Under the pieces are notes generated by a model. The model searched no databases. It was not told the DNA's origin and worked only from the letters and a program-made list of their open reading frames with translations. Below, piece by piece: positions 19,461 through 29,598 of a stretch of 64,000 nt of DNA; the stretch's first letter is position 1, and every line of letters starts with the position of its first letter. The position numbers were made by a program, and so were the translations under genes. The stretch spans positions 2,106,636-2,170,635 of the forward strand of contig CBDFLI010000002.1 in NCBI GenBank assembly GCA_965249115.1. Direction: 5' to 3'. The DNA is from Dehalococcoidia bacterium. Its GTDB lineage: Bacteria > Chloroflexota > Dehalococcoidia > Lucifugimonadales > QGNO01.

Positions 19461-20111
19461 ATGGACTGCTGCCAGTGTGAGGGAATAGAGAGCGTCTTCG
19501 ACAAGAAGGTCGCCGCCAAGGACCTCAAGAAGTACCACAAAAAAGGCCCCACAGGGACCACTCGCGCACTCATCGAGGCTCTAAAGGCTGAGGGCATTGA
19601 GGGTCTCACACTGATCGACATGGGTGGCGGCATTGGGGTCATACAGCACGAGCTGATGGACGCCGGAGTAGCCAGTGCCACCAATGTGGACGCCTCCTCC
19701 GCATACGTCGAAACGGCCAGGGAGGAGGCCCAGCGCCGTGGATACGGGGACCGTGTCAGCTACAATCACGGCAACTTTGTGGATATGGCCTCGGAGCTGG
19801 AGCCGGCGGACGTTGTGACCCTGGACAAGGTGATCTGCTGCTACCACGATATGGATGCGCTGGTCGGAGCGTCGTCCAAGCTGGCGGGCAAGCTGTACCG
19901 CGTCATCTACCCCCGGGATACGTGGTGGGTGAAGCTGGCATTTCGGACGCTGATCTCCATGGCCACGCTGTACTTTATGATACGGCGCAACCCGTTCCGC
20001 GTTTACCTGCACCCTACCCGGGCAGTGGACGCCGTGGTGCGCGCGAACGGTCTGAAACAGCGGTCCTACAAGGCCAGTGGTGCATGGCAGGTGGTTGTAT
20101 ATTCCCGTTAG
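19461..20111 (+). CDS. Class I SAM methyltransferase with Cys-rich N-terminus
   Basis: MDCCQC start; LIDMGGGIG; NVDAS; DVVTLDKVICCY. Confidence 0.85.
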   Translation: MDCCQCEGIESVFDKKVAAKDLKKYHKKGPTGTTRALIEALKAEGIEGLTLIDMGGGIGVIQHELMDAGVASATNVDASSAYVETAREEAQRRGYGDRVSYNHGNFVDMASELEPADVVTLDKVICCYHDMDALVGASSKLAGKLYRVIYPRDTWWVKLAFRTLISMATLYFMIRRNPFRVYLHPTRAVDAVVRANGLKQRSYKASGAWQVVVYSR

Positions 20112-20150
20112 CTGGTGCCATGAAATAGTGAACACCGGGGGTGAAGAGCT

Positions 20151-20396
20151 ATGGAGTCAGGCAACGTGGAGTCCCACAAGGTAGCCATTCTGCCCTGTGG
20201 CCAGGTGGTGGAACAGTGGAACGGCACGCCGGTGGAGGGTACGCGCGGGCCCGGGCCGCTGGTGTTCATGGAGAAGAGACGCGGCGACCCCTGCGTGGAG
20301 ATATGGACCACCGGAATGGCCAGAATGACCGTTGACATAGACCGGTTGAGGCAGGGCCTGGACGCCCTGGAGACGCAAAGCCCTCACGAGCGGTAG
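20151..20396 (+). CDS. Small hypothetical protein
   Basis: 81-aa ORF with genome-like G/C third positions and a purine-rich upstream region. Confidence 0.6.
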   Translation: MESGNVESHKVAILPCGQVVEQWNGTPVEGTRGPGPLVFMEKRRGDPCVEIWTTGMARMTVDIDRLRQGLDALETQSPHER

Positions 20397-20729
20397 CGGG
20401 TCTGTGGCCCCACCACATCTTTGGTGACAAGCTTCGTGTGGGATACTTGAGCAAGAAAAACCCTGAGAAACTCCGGTTTCAGCTTTGCTTCGGCACGTGC
20501 CTTGCGACACCGTGACCTCTGCCATGCCACTCCTCGGTTGCTCAGGGCAAGCCGACTATATCATGGCTTCAATGGCGGCCTGTCAATAGGTGAACGGAGC
20601 GATTTTTGGGGCGTTTTTCGGAGATTTTATCTCGTTGCTTCTGCCGGTTAACGCCGGACTCAGGACACACCAAACGTGACCGATCTGAAACGGAATACCG
20701 TCGTAAGAAACCGTCGGAACTAGGACCCA

Positions 20730-20948
20730 ATGAAAGCGATGTCTTCGCGTAGGCGGGAACGGCTGGGTCGGTTACTTATCCTCGTGGGGGTGGCCACTTG
20801 GTTGCCCTACGGAGTAGTCAAATACGGCATGGGCCAGGAGGTGGCTATGTACCCCTTCCTGGCCGTCCACCTGCTGGGCGTGATACCCGGCTTCATACTC
20901 AGGCGTGAAGCCCTGTTGCGCCGCCTGTTTTCGAGACTGAGGCAGTGA
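20730..20948 (+). CDS. Small 2-TM membrane protein
   Basis: Basic termini flanking two hydrophobic segments. Confidence 0.6.
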   Translation: MKAMSSRRRERLGRLLILVGVATWLPYGVVKYGMGQEVAMYPFLAVHLLGVIPGFILRREALLRRLFSRLRQ

Positions 20949-20989
20949 TAACCTGGGCTTCGCCCAGCCCGGTCACAGCCAATCCCCCT

Positions 20990-22099
20990 CTACCGCAGGA
21001 CCCGTCGCAGATAGTCCAGGGCGTTGCCACCCGCTATCTTGGCCACGTCGGCGTCGGAGTAGCCCCGGGCGATTAGGCCCCGGATAATGTTCTTGCCGTC
21101 CGCCGTCGACTCCAGGCCATTCAGGTAGGGGGCATTGGGCACGTTGACAGTGATACCCCGGCTGGAGAAGGCGACGTGGTCACCTATGAGGGTGTCCGTG
21201 CCTATCCCAACGTGGTCAATCCCCACCAGCTTGACCATATAGTCGTACTGGTCAAGGACGCAGCTGATGTCCTGGTCCGGGTCGTCGCTCATTGAGTTGG
21301 GCACGGCGGTGATGCAGATGATGCCGCCCTTGTTTACGCACGAGGTCAGGGCTTCGTCCTTCACTGTTCGTTTGGTCTGTCTGAGGGTATAGGCCGCGTT
21401 GTGGCTGAAGATGACGGGCGCCTGGGAGTGTTCGATAGCCTCAAGGGCTGTCCTGTGGCCCGCGTGGGACAGGTCAACGGCCATGCCCAGGTCGTTCATC
21501 CGCGTTACAACCTGCATCCCGAACTCGCTTAGCCCGGCATCCGTGCGCTCATAGCAGCCGTCGCCTATGTAGGTCTTGTATGAGTAGGTGAGTCCCGCCA
21601 GACGGACGCCTATACCGTACAGTACGTCAAGGCGGTGTATCTGGTTGCCTATGCACAGGTGCTCCGCGGTGGGCAGGAAGCCCACTTTTCCCTGCTGCCT
21701 GGCCGACAGTATCTCGTCGGCGTTGCTCACCTTGACGGCGTCGGCGTCGTGGAAGCTGAGGTCCGTGACCATCATCCCTATCTCGTCCGCCAGCATTTCG
21801 AACTCGCCTGAGGCGCCGGTGGTGGTGCCCAGCCCCCCGCGGAAGCCGTTGGAGGTCCCGACGGCGGCCCAGCCGCCGTGCTTAACGGCCTCATATCCCC
21901 ACGTGTAGTCGCCTGCGTGCATGTACTCACGCAGCCTGTCCATGTCCTCGGGCAGGATCATGGGGTGGTCGTGGACGTTTACCATTACGCTCTCATCCAC
22001 CAGGCGTTGAAACCGTTTCTCCTGCTCATTGTCCAGGGGTACGGTCATGGACGGGACGCGTCCCACCTCTTTGGCCAAGGGTATTGCTGTGGGTGCCAT
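20990..22099 (-). CDS. Membrane dipeptidase family M19-like amidohydrolase
   Basis: GLSEFG...MNDLGMAVDLSH, PVIFSH, GIDHVGIGTD, KIAGGNAL; RBS AAGGAGG. Confidence 0.88.
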   Translation of the reverse strand: MAPTAIPLAKEVGRVPSMTVPLDNEQEKRFQRLVDESVMVNVHDHPMILPEDMDRLREYMHAGDYTWGYEAVKHGGWAAVGTSNGFRGGLGTTTGASGEFEMLADEIGMMVTDLSFHDADAVKVSNADEILSARQQGKVGFLPTAEHLCIGNQIHRLDVLYGIGVRLAGLTYSYKTYIGDGCYERTDAGLSEFGMQVVTRMNDLGMAVDLSHAGHRTALEAIEHSQAPVIFSHNAAYTLRQTKRTVKDEALTSCVNKGGIICITAVPNSMSDDPDQDISCVLDQYDYMVKLVGIDHVGIGTDTLIGDHVAFSSRGITVNVPNAPYLNGLESTADGKNIIRGLIARGYSDADVAKIAGGNALDYLRRVLR

Positions 22100-22113
22100 T
22101 GGAATATCCTCCT

Positions 22114-22175
22114 TTAGAACGCCGGTCTGGTCAGGACCGATGGGTCTACTTGCCGTCGGTGGCGCTGCCTTTTTT
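22114..22175 (-). pseudogene. Relic 3' end of a second dihydropyrimidinase paralogue
   Basis: KGSATDGK / VDPSVLTRPAF* parallels LGSPTDSK-LIPRK-IDPSVLTGPVF* of the adjacent gene; nucleotide similarity to 22181-22216. Confidence 0.7.
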
Positions 22176-22180
22176 AAACT

Positions 22181-23650
22181 CTAAAACACCGGTCCGGTCA
22201 GGACCGACGGGTCTATCTTACGCGGTATGAGCTTGCTGTCCGTTGGACTTCCCAGAAAATTTCTCTCCTCCAGCATCACCTTCCCGCGCAATAATACGGA
22301 GGTGGGCCACCCTGCGACCTCCCAGCCCACCCAGGGGTTGTAGTCCTTCAGGTGCAGGTCATCCATGCTCAGCCGTTTCTTCACCGAGGGGTCTATGATT
22401 GTGATGTCGGCGTCACTGCCCGCGGCGATGGCGCCTTTGCGAGGATAGAAGCCCAGAAGCTTGGCGGCGTTGGTGGAGGTGATCTCGGCGTACCGCTCCA
22501 GGGACATACCCTGTTTGACCACGCCCTCCGTGTAGGTGACGCCCATGCGTATCTCTATGCCGATGTTGCCACCCTGGGCGTCGGCCACGGTCTTGCCCGC
22601 TGTCTTGCCCTCGTATGTCGTGGCGATGCTGTCGGTGGCGACAAAGGCCAGGTCTCCGTTGCGCAGGCCTTCCCATAGGCGGAGACGGTCCTCCTCGTAT
22701 TTCTGGGAAGGGTAGGTGTGGTATATGGGCCCGCCGGGCTCTTTGTAGTTCTCGCTGGTAAAGGAGCAGTAGAGGAGAATGGTCTCTCCGTACACCGGCA
22801 GCCCTCTCTTGCGTGCCTCGGCAATGGCGTCCACCCCCTCCTTAGCGCTGGTATGGACAATGTACATCGCAGCCCCGGCGTGTTCCGCTATGCGTATGAC
22901 CCGTCTTACTGAGATGTCCTCCGATAGCTTGGAGCGGATGCGCGGGATGTTGTGAAAGTCCCAAAGCCCGCGCTCCCTGGCCATCTCGTAGTTGTACCTG
23001 ACTATCTCGTCGTCCTCGGCGTGGATGGCGGCGACGCCACCGTGCCTGGCCAACTGCTCCATCACCTCTGAGACCCGCCCCATGTCTATCATTGGGCCTG
23101 GTCGGACCGGTGTCTGGGGGGTCTGCCCTCTGACCGGTATATCCTCCTGGCGCAGTGGAGGACTCAGTATGAACAGCTTGAAGCTGGGGAACCCGTCGGC
23201 GATGAGGTCTTTAATCCCCGCCATGCCCTCGGGTGTGACGGCGCCCCTGTAGTTGCAGTGGGCGGAGTAGTCGGTATAGGTCTGGCCCTGAAAGTTAGCC
23301 ATGTGCTCTTGCACGGCACGCACCACGTCCGACTGCTCCGGTGTGGCGGCGGTGGCGAAGTCCACTATTGTGGTAGTGCCTCCCCAGATGGCGGCCCTGG
23401 ACTGCTCCACCGACCCTGCGTTCTCGGCGAACCACGTGTTGGGTATGTGGGGGAACCCTATATGAGCGTGGGCCTCAATACCACCGGGCACAACTATCTT
23501 CCCGGTGGCGTCCAGAGTTTTTTTCGTCTCCGGGGTGGTCGTTCCCGGCATCGCCAGGGCCACGGTCCGTTCGCCCTGTATCCAGACGTCCCACTCTCCC
23601 ACCCCTGTCGGGGTTACCACTCGACCGCCTTTGATCACAAGGTCCAGCAT
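22181..23650 (-). CDS. Dihydropyrimidinase/hydantoinase-like cyclic amidohydrolase (paralogue 1)
   Basis: MLDLVIKGG, GGIEAHAH, GGTTTIVDFA, SFKLF, IHAED, STNAAKLLGFYPRKGAIAAGSDAD. Confidence 0.9.
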   Translation of the reverse strand: MLDLVIKGGRVVTPTGVGEWDVWIQGERTVALAMPGTTTPETKKTLDATGKIVVPGGIEAHAHIGFPHIPNTWFAENAGSVEQSRAAIWGGTTTIVDFATAATPEQSDVVRAVQEHMANFQGQTYTDYSAHCNYRGAVTPEGMAGIKDLIADGFPSFKLFILSPPLRQEDIPVRGQTPQTPVRPGPMIDMGRVSEVMEQLARHGGVAAIHAEDDEIVRYNYEMARERGLWDFHNIPRIRSKLSEDISVRRVIRIAEHAGAAMYIVHTSAKEGVDAIAEARKRGLPVYGETILLYCSFTSENYKEPGGPIYHTYPSQKYEEDRLRLWEGLRNGDLAFVATDSIATTYEGKTAGKTVADAQGGNIGIEIRMGVTYTEGVVKQGMSLERYAEITSTNAAKLLGFYPRKGAIAAGSDADITIIDPSVKKRLSMDDLHLKDYNPWVGWEVAGWPTSVLLRGKVMLEERNFLGSPTDSKLIPRKIDPSVLTGPVF

Positions 23651-23840
23651 GGAAGCCTCCTGGCACGGGATTCCGTAGACTTTGAACCCTGGGATACGCT
23701 TCCCGCGCCGCCAAGATTGTATGCGCACACCCGTGATGACTCAAGTGCCTGTGTCCTCAGGACCCTTGATCCTCAGGGAATGAGCACGCATCTAGATCAA
23801 TCTTGAGAGGCGTAGTCCAGAGGCGAGGGGCGTGCAGCCA

Positions 23841-23869
23841 TTGGAAAATCCCTTGACCAAGAGTAGAAT
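23841..23869 (+). promoter_or_regulatory. Candidate sigma70 promoter of the MFS gene
   Basis: TTGGAA-17 nt-TAGAAT. Confidence 0.45.
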
Positions 23870-23896
23870 GCTCGTCACGTGAGCGAAATTTAACAT

Positions 23897-25177
23897 ATGG
23901 CAGTACACACACCCCCCACCGAGAATAGACAAGGCCCGGCGTTTCTGCGGGCCGGACCCCTGCGGGCGTTCGCGTACCCCCAGTTCTTCCTCTTATGGGG
24001 GGCCTCCATAGGCTCCGTTTCCGCCTTTTTCATGATGAACGTGGCCCGGGGATGGCTGGTCCTGGAGGAGACGGACTCCGCATTCATGGTTACGTCGGTT
24101 CAGGCCATTGGCATGGTCCCACTACTGTTGCTCTCCCTAGTGGGAGGCGCTGCTGCAGACCGGTTCAACAGAAGAAAGATCCTCGTGGGAACGGAGAGCT
24201 TTGCTCTGCTGGTCCTGCTAGCGTTGGCGTTGCTGGTCATAGCGGACGTGGTGCAGGTATGGCATGTGTTCGTCCTTTCCTTCCTCCACGGGACCACATT
24301 TGCCATCGGTATGCCCACCAGAACTTCGTCAGTGCCTCACCTGGTCGGCCGACGAGACATCGCCAGTGGAGTGGCGATGTTCACTACCATTTTCAGCGCC
24401 GGCCAGCTTGTGGGACCGGCCATAGGGGGAGTCCTCATAGAGACAATTGGAATCGGTCCTACTTTCCTGGTTTCCTCTGCAGTAATGGTTCCCGTCTTAT
24501 TGCTACTGATACCATTGAGAATCCCGGACGTTCCACGCTCCGACACCGCTGAAAGAATCTCATTCGTTGCCAGCATCAAGGAAGGCTTCGCTTACGTGCG
24601 CGGGGATAAGGTCATAATGGGCCTGATGGTCCTCGGCCTTGTAATCACCGTATTTGCCATGCCCTACATGAGCATCCTGCCCGTATTCGCCCGCGACGTC
24701 CTGGACGCTGGCGCCAACGGACTTGGATGGCTGATGGCCTTTGGAGGCGTGGGCGCTCTTATGGCATCACTGACCGTGGCTTCCATGAGGAACCCTAACG
24801 TCATCAGGTATATGATGTTGACTGGAGCAACCGGGTTTGGACTTCTGGTGGTACTGTTCTCCTACTCAAGCATATTCTATCTCTCCCTTGGTTTGGCCCT
24901 GGCTCTCGGCTTTCTCTTCCAGATTTTCATGACCAGCAACTTCACCCTTGTCCAGATCATAGTCCCTGACCATATCAGGGGGCGGGTGTTGAGCATTAGA
25001 ATGATCGTCGTTGGCCTTGGCCCGGTGGGCATGCTGATACTGGGCACAGCCGCCCAGGTCATGAGTCCCGTTCCCGCCACAGCCGGTATGGGAGCCATAG
25101 CCCTGGTGCTAGTGTTGGCCGTCGTATCGTTGGTCCCATCCCTGAGGAAGCTTCAGGTGCCCGCGGCTGCCGAGTAG
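23897..25177 (+). CDS. MFS transporter (MFS_3/macrolide-efflux-like)
   Basis: 12 TM pattern; GGAAADRFNRRKIL loop motif; GRVLS in the C-terminal half. Confidence 0.9.
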   Translation: MAVHTPPTENRQGPAFLRAGPLRAFAYPQFFLLWGASIGSVSAFFMMNVARGWLVLEETDSAFMVTSVQAIGMVPLLLLSLVGGAAADRFNRRKILVGTESFALLVLLALALLVIADVVQVWHVFVLSFLHGTTFAIGMPTRTSSVPHLVGRRDIASGVAMFTTIFSAGQLVGPAIGGVLIETIGIGPTFLVSSAVMVPVLLLLIPLRIPDVPRSDTAERISFVASIKEGFAYVRGDKVIMGLMVLGLVITVFAMPYMSILPVFARDVLDAGANGLGWLMAFGGVGALMASLTVASMRNPNVIRYMMLTGATGFGLLVVLFSYSSIFYLSLGLALALGFLFQIFMTSNFTLVQIIVPDHIRGRVLSIRMIVVGLGPVGMLILGTAAQVMSPVPATAGMGAIALVLVLAVVSLVPSLRKLQVPAAAE

Positions 25178-25432
25178 GCCTTCTTTCGGGGAGCGGCTGT
25201 TAGACGGCGGCTGTTCCGGGTAGTGGGACTCCAGTTTGATTACTGTCCTCTGCCAGGGAGACCCCTCCCAATGCGCTTTGAAGCAGCCTGGAGTCCCAGC
25301 GGAGGGCATGCCTGGACCCCTGTTACGTCAATGGTGTGCTGACAGGACCAAATGGCATATAATACGGCCGCCGAGGAGGCGTAGACCGGGACCAGGCCTG
25401 AGTTCAAGCAAGGGTGTATAGGAGGTGCCGTC

Positions 25433-26773
25433 GTGGCTACCACACAGACGTTTGAAGAGGCTGTAGCCGAGTTCATAGCGAAGTCAAAAGAGCTAATTGA
25501 TATCGAGTCGGATGAGAACCTTCCCCCAATCCCTCCGTCGCCCTACGACCAGTCGGGGCCTCCCTACGAGTACTCCCAGCGTCTGACGCCCAACTTCGTC
25601 ACCCGGTACGCCCTTTCCATAGGGGACGACAACCCGTTGTTTGTTGACCCGGAGTACGGAAATAGCACCAGGTACGGCAGCCAGCTGGCTCCAGGGCCAG
25701 TCATGGCGCTGATCAGGTACCCGTCCGTGCACGGAGTGGTGCGCGCCGGCGGATATCCCCTGGCCAACTTCATCTCCGGTGCGGCGTGGGAGTTTTACGA
25801 TGTGGTCCGCGCCGGCTCCAAGTTCCGCTCATCCAAGGTGACCAAGGAGATATTCGAGAAGCCGGGCTCCCGAGGGAACCTTGTGTTCATGATCTCGGAC
25901 AACCGCTACTGGGACTACCACGGCGACCTCATAGGCAAGTGCTACGGCACCCAGATCTACGTGCCCATAGAGACCATGGGCAGCACCCGTTCCATGCCGG
26001 TTGAGCGGCTTGGTGAGCACATGATGTACGAGCGCAAGGCCTCACAGTACAACAAAGAGATAGTGGAGGAGGTAAGGAGCCAGGTGGAGGGCCAGAAGCG
26101 CCGCGGCGCCCAGACCCTGTACTGGGAAGACGTGGAGGAAGGTGAGAAGATTGGGCCGGTGGTGTTCACGCCCTGGACCCTGCTGGACCAGATCTGCTAC
26201 CACTCTTTGGGGTATGCCTCCGTGTCCGGTCCTATGGCCCCAGGCAACGAGCTTGCCTTTGAGCCGGTTTACCGCCTGCTCAAACAGACCCAGAGAGGCC
26301 ATGTCCACCCCATTACGCGATGGCGTGGCCCCGGTAACGAGCATGAGGACGCCCTGACGGCGGCCTATCGCGGGCAGCCCGGCCCCTTCGACTTCGGGGT
26401 GCAGCGCACCCAGATGTGCGAGCAGCTCATGTCCAACTGGATGGGGGACAATGGCTTCATCCGCCGTCTCCAGATAGCCCTGAGGAAGCCGGTGTACTAT
26501 GGCGACATCACCACCTACACAGGAGAGGTGGTCAAGAAGTTCAAAGAGGTCCAGGGCGGAGAGAAGGGCGAAGGCGCCGTACCCGGCAAGCAAGACTACT
26601 ATGCCATGGGCGTCAAGTACCAGGGTCTCAACCAGGTAGGCGAGGCGCAGGTGATAGGCACGGCCACCGTTTATCTGCCGTCACGGGAAGCCGGCCCTGT
26701 GCAGCTCCCCATACCCCATCCCGCCCGGCCACCCTTTGTCAACTACGAGACCTTTTACAGGGACTGGTACTAG
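25433..26773 (+). CDS. Tandem MaoC/FAS1-like hot-dog dehydratase protein
   Basis: YALSIGDDNPLF..P.YG..TRYG..LAP, then LYWEDVEEGE...GPFDFGVQR...LRKPVYYGD; GTG start after GGAGG. Confidence 0.8.
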   Translation: MATTQTFEEAVAEFIAKSKELIDIESDENLPPIPPSPYDQSGPPYEYSQRLTPNFVTRYALSIGDDNPLFVDPEYGNSTRYGSQLAPGPVMALIRYPSVHGVVRAGGYPLANFISGAAWEFYDVVRAGSKFRSSKVTKEIFEKPGSRGNLVFMISDNRYWDYHGDLIGKCYGTQIYVPIETMGSTRSMPVERLGEHMMYERKASQYNKEIVEEVRSQVEGQKRRGAQTLYWEDVEEGEKIGPVVFTPWTLLDQICYHSLGYASVSGPMAPGNELAFEPVYRLLKQTQRGHVHPITRWRGPGNEHEDALTAAYRGQPGPFDFGVQRTQMCEQLMSNWMGDNGFIRRLQIALRKPVYYGDITTYTGEVVKKFKEVQGGEKGEGAVPGKQDYYAMGVKYQGLNQVGEAQVIGTATVYLPSREAGPVQLPIPHPARPPFVNYETFYRDWY

Positions 26774-26887
26774 AATACATAGAACGGCCCGGCGGGTTTT
26801 TTTCACCGCGCCGGAGCCCCGGCGGTTCCGGGCCCCAGTCCGCATAGACCCAATCGGGATAGGCCCAATAGGGATTAGGAGCGTACG

Positions 26888-27706
26888 TTGAGCGGTATCT
26901 CCACGCCAGGTGATCAGAGACTGTTGGCCGTATTCGCCCATCCCGACGACGAGATGGGAGTAGGCGGCACCCTCGCCATGTGCTCGGCCCGGGGCGTGAG
27001 GGTCCACCTCGTAACGGCCACGCGAGGCGAAGTGGGAATGATCAGTGACCCGTCACTGGCAACGCCGGAGACCCTGGGACAGGTGCGCGAGCAAGAGCTG
27101 CGGGAGGCGTGCCGTATCCAGGGCATTGAGGAGCCTATCTTCCTGGACTACCGGGACTCGGGCATGAAAGGCACGCCCGACAATGACCATCCGGACAGCC
27201 TCAATCAGGCAGATCCCGGGCAAGCGGTGAGCAAGCTGGTGGACCTCATGAAGGAACTGCGTCCAAAGGTGGTTGTGACCTTTGATGCCACGAGCTTCTA
27301 CGGGCACCCAGACCACGTTAAGGTCCATCATCTCACGACGGAGGCCTTCCACCAGCTAGCCAGGGGGAGAAAAAATGCGGCACGCTTGTACTATGCCATT
27401 ATGCCTAAAAAAGCCTTCCGGCGTATGGCGGAACAGATGCAGGCAACCGGCGCGGCCATGCCTTCCGATTTTCCACCCATCGACCAGATGGGCACGCCCG
27501 ATGAGAACGTGACCACTGCAATCGACGTGTCGCGTTACTGGGAGACTAAGCGCAAGGCCATGGCTGCTCACCGTACCCAGTTCGGGCCTGAGAACCCACT
27601 GCTTTCCATGCCTGAGGAAGCCCTTGCCTCCTTCTTCAGTACCGAGTATTTTCAGCGTGTTTTCCCGGCTTTCAAGGACGCCCAACAGGAAAAGGCGCTG
27701 TTTTAA
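26888..27706 (+). CDS. PIG-L/MshB family deacetylase
   Basis: VFAHPDDE, ATRGEVG, FLDYRDSGM, YGHPDH, AHRTQ. Confidence 0.9.
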   Translation: MSGISTPGDQRLLAVFAHPDDEMGVGGTLAMCSARGVRVHLVTATRGEVGMISDPSLATPETLGQVREQELREACRIQGIEEPIFLDYRDSGMKGTPDNDHPDSLNQADPGQAVSKLVDLMKELRPKVVVTFDATSFYGHPDHVKVHHLTTEAFHQLARGRKNAARLYYAIMPKKAFRRMAEQMQATGAAMPSDFPPIDQMGTPDENVTTAIDVSRYWETKRKAMAAHRTQFGPENPLLSMPEEALASFFSTEYFQRVFPAFKDAQQEKALF

Positions 27707-27755
27707 TCAGCGCCTAGTCCTCGTGTCCCATTGCCATGCCTGGTTATATCGCGTC

Positions 27756-28280
27756 TTAGAAGAGATCACCCAAGTACACTAGTGATAGGACCACTCCTAC
27801 CACAGCAAAAGCTATCAACTCCGCCGCAATAGCAGCGCGGAACCGGCCTACTATCTGTCCCACGGACGGTGAGCTGGCAAACCAGCTGGCGATCACTATC
27901 TCGGATGTAATGAACGCCCCGAGCACCAGGAAACGTTTTCCCCATTCGCTTTCAATAATCAACTGACCCAGAACGCTTACCAGGGCGGTTAAGCCTACTG
28001 CAATAATGAGGGACAGGAGCAGTATTGTCATCCGTCGGCCCGCGATCATAAGACCTCTCCCAGTCTTGTGGGTTGTGGCGTTTGCCTTGTGTGATCCCCA
28101 CCGGGCAGCTTGGTTCAGTGGTACAAGTAGCCAGTGAATAGATGCCTTGAATTTACCGTCCAGCCGTGTGATTTGGTGCCTGTAGGTTCGGTAGAAACGC
28201 TTGGCGTAGGCTGAGGTGCGTTGAGCCGCCATAGCCAGCGCAGCCAGGCCAGTGTTGTATGCATTGGCCATTCTATACAT
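27756..28280 (-). CDS. Hypothetical membrane protein
   Basis: Basic N-terminal half and three C-terminal hydrophobic helices; atypical codon usage. Confidence 0.5.
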   Translation of the reverse strand: MYRMANAYNTGLAALAMAAQRTSAYAKRFYRTYRHQITRLDGKFKASIHWLLVPLNQAARWGSHKANATTHKTGRGLMIAGRRMTILLLSLIIAVGLTALVSVLGQLIIESEWGKRFLVLGAFITSEIVIASWFASSPSVGQIVGRFRAAIAAELIAFAVVGVVLSLVYLGDLF

Positions 28281-28476
28281 CTCAGTCTCCCTGCCAGGCG
28301 TAAACAGGCCGCCGACTCCCGCATAATACGCCTCCCCGGTGGCAGGGACAAGGCTTGCCTGAACGCCTGAAACGTTGGCCTCGCGACGGCTGGAATTGGC
28401 ATGACAGCCGGTTACGCTTATACTCTCGTGCTAAGCCACACATAACAAAACGCATCTATTTGTGAGAGGAAGAAAA

Positions 28477-29523
28477 ATGGGTAAACGGATAGGCGTTATG
28501 GGCGCTGGAGCCGTTGGAAGCTACCTTGGGGCTTTCATAAGCCGGGCCGGGTATGACGTTACGCTGATAGACACGTGGGGCGCCCACATCGACAGGATAA
28601 AGGGCCGGGGCCTCCACGTCAGCGGGTTCCAGGGAGATTTCACCGTTCAGGTCAAGGCGCTGCACCTGGCGGAGGCCCAGCAGCTCACGGAGCCGTTCGA
28701 CGTTATCTTCCTGCCCGTCAAGTCCTACGACACGGAGTGGGCCGCCCACTTTGCCAAGCGTTTCCTGGCCGACAACGGGGTCATGGTCTCATCTCAGAAC
28801 TGCATGAACGACCTTCTCATCGCCTCCATCGTCGGGCATGAGCGGGAGGTCCCGTGCGTTGTGTCCGGCTTTGCCGTTGCGCTTTGGGAGCCGGGCCACG
28901 TGCAGCGCCGCAGCGAGTCCGAAGGCCCCGACCACAAGGTGTTCCGGGTGGGCGAGTTGCACGGCAAGGTTACGCCCCGTGTGGAGGAGTTGGCGGAGAT
29001 ACTCTCCTGCGTTGACGGGGCCTACGCAACGTCCAACATCTGGGGCGAGCGCTGGTCAAAGCTGACGCTGAACGCCGTGGGCAACCCGGTCTCCGCCATG
29101 ACGGGTCTGGGCAGCCAGGGTGTAGCCGAGGACGCCCGCGCCCGGCGGATCGAGGTCCACCTGGCCAAGGAGTGCATGCAGGTGGGGCTGGCCCTCACCT
29201 ACAACGTCGAATCGTACAAAGGCGTGGAGGCACGGGTGTGGGCCAGGGCCGACGAGGGCGACACCTTTGAAGAGTTGGAGGCCAGCTTCCGCTCGGAGCC
29301 GGGTCGCGAAGACTGGCAAGCCTCCATGGCCCAGGACGTCATCAAGGGGCGAAGGACGGAGATCGACCAGATGAACGGGTATGTTGTGGACAGGGGCCGG
29401 GAAACAGGCACGGCCACCCCCGTCAACGCCGCTGTCGTCCAGGTGGTCAGGGATATCGAGAAGGGACACCTGGCGCCTGAATCCGCCAACCTGGACCGTG
29501 TCCTGTCGATGACGGGCCTGTAG
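28477..29523 (+). CDS. Ketopantoate reductase (PanE/ApbA) family protein
   Basis: GAGAVGSY, VKSYDT, SQN, RWSKLTLNA, SMAQDVIKGRRTEIDQMNG. Confidence 0.88.
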   Translation: MGKRIGVMGAGAVGSYLGAFISRAGYDVTLIDTWGAHIDRIKGRGLHVSGFQGDFTVQVKALHLAEAQQLTEPFDVIFLPVKSYDTEWAAHFAKRFLADNGVMVSSQNCMNDLLIASIVGHEREVPCVVSGFAVALWEPGHVQRRSESEGPDHKVFRVGELHGKVTPRVEELAEILSCVDGAYATSNIWGERWSKLTLNAVGNPVSAMTGLGSQGVAEDARARRIEVHLAKECMQVGLALTYNVESYKGVEARVWARADEGDTFEELEASFRSEPGREDWQASMAQDVIKGRRTEIDQMNGYVVDRGRETGTATPVNAAVVQVVRDIEKGHLAPESANLDRVLSMTGL

Positions 29524-29598
29524 GCCGTTGGCATCAATCGCCTTTCTTCACTTCAGCAACATATCGGTTGGATGGCACCACGCCAAAAGGGGGCAGCC

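Noticed and set aside
20157-20525. Minus-strand 122-aa ORF with GAGGAG RBS and upstream TTGACA / TGaTATAGT
   Set aside because: It overlaps antisense a better-coded plus ORF (20151..20396) and has no motif; the promoter spacing is non-canonical. An antisense transcript remains possible.
26789-26832. GC-rich hairpins after the hot-dog gene as a terminator
   Set aside because: The T run is in the loop rather than after the stem, and the next gene is co-oriented 114 nt away.
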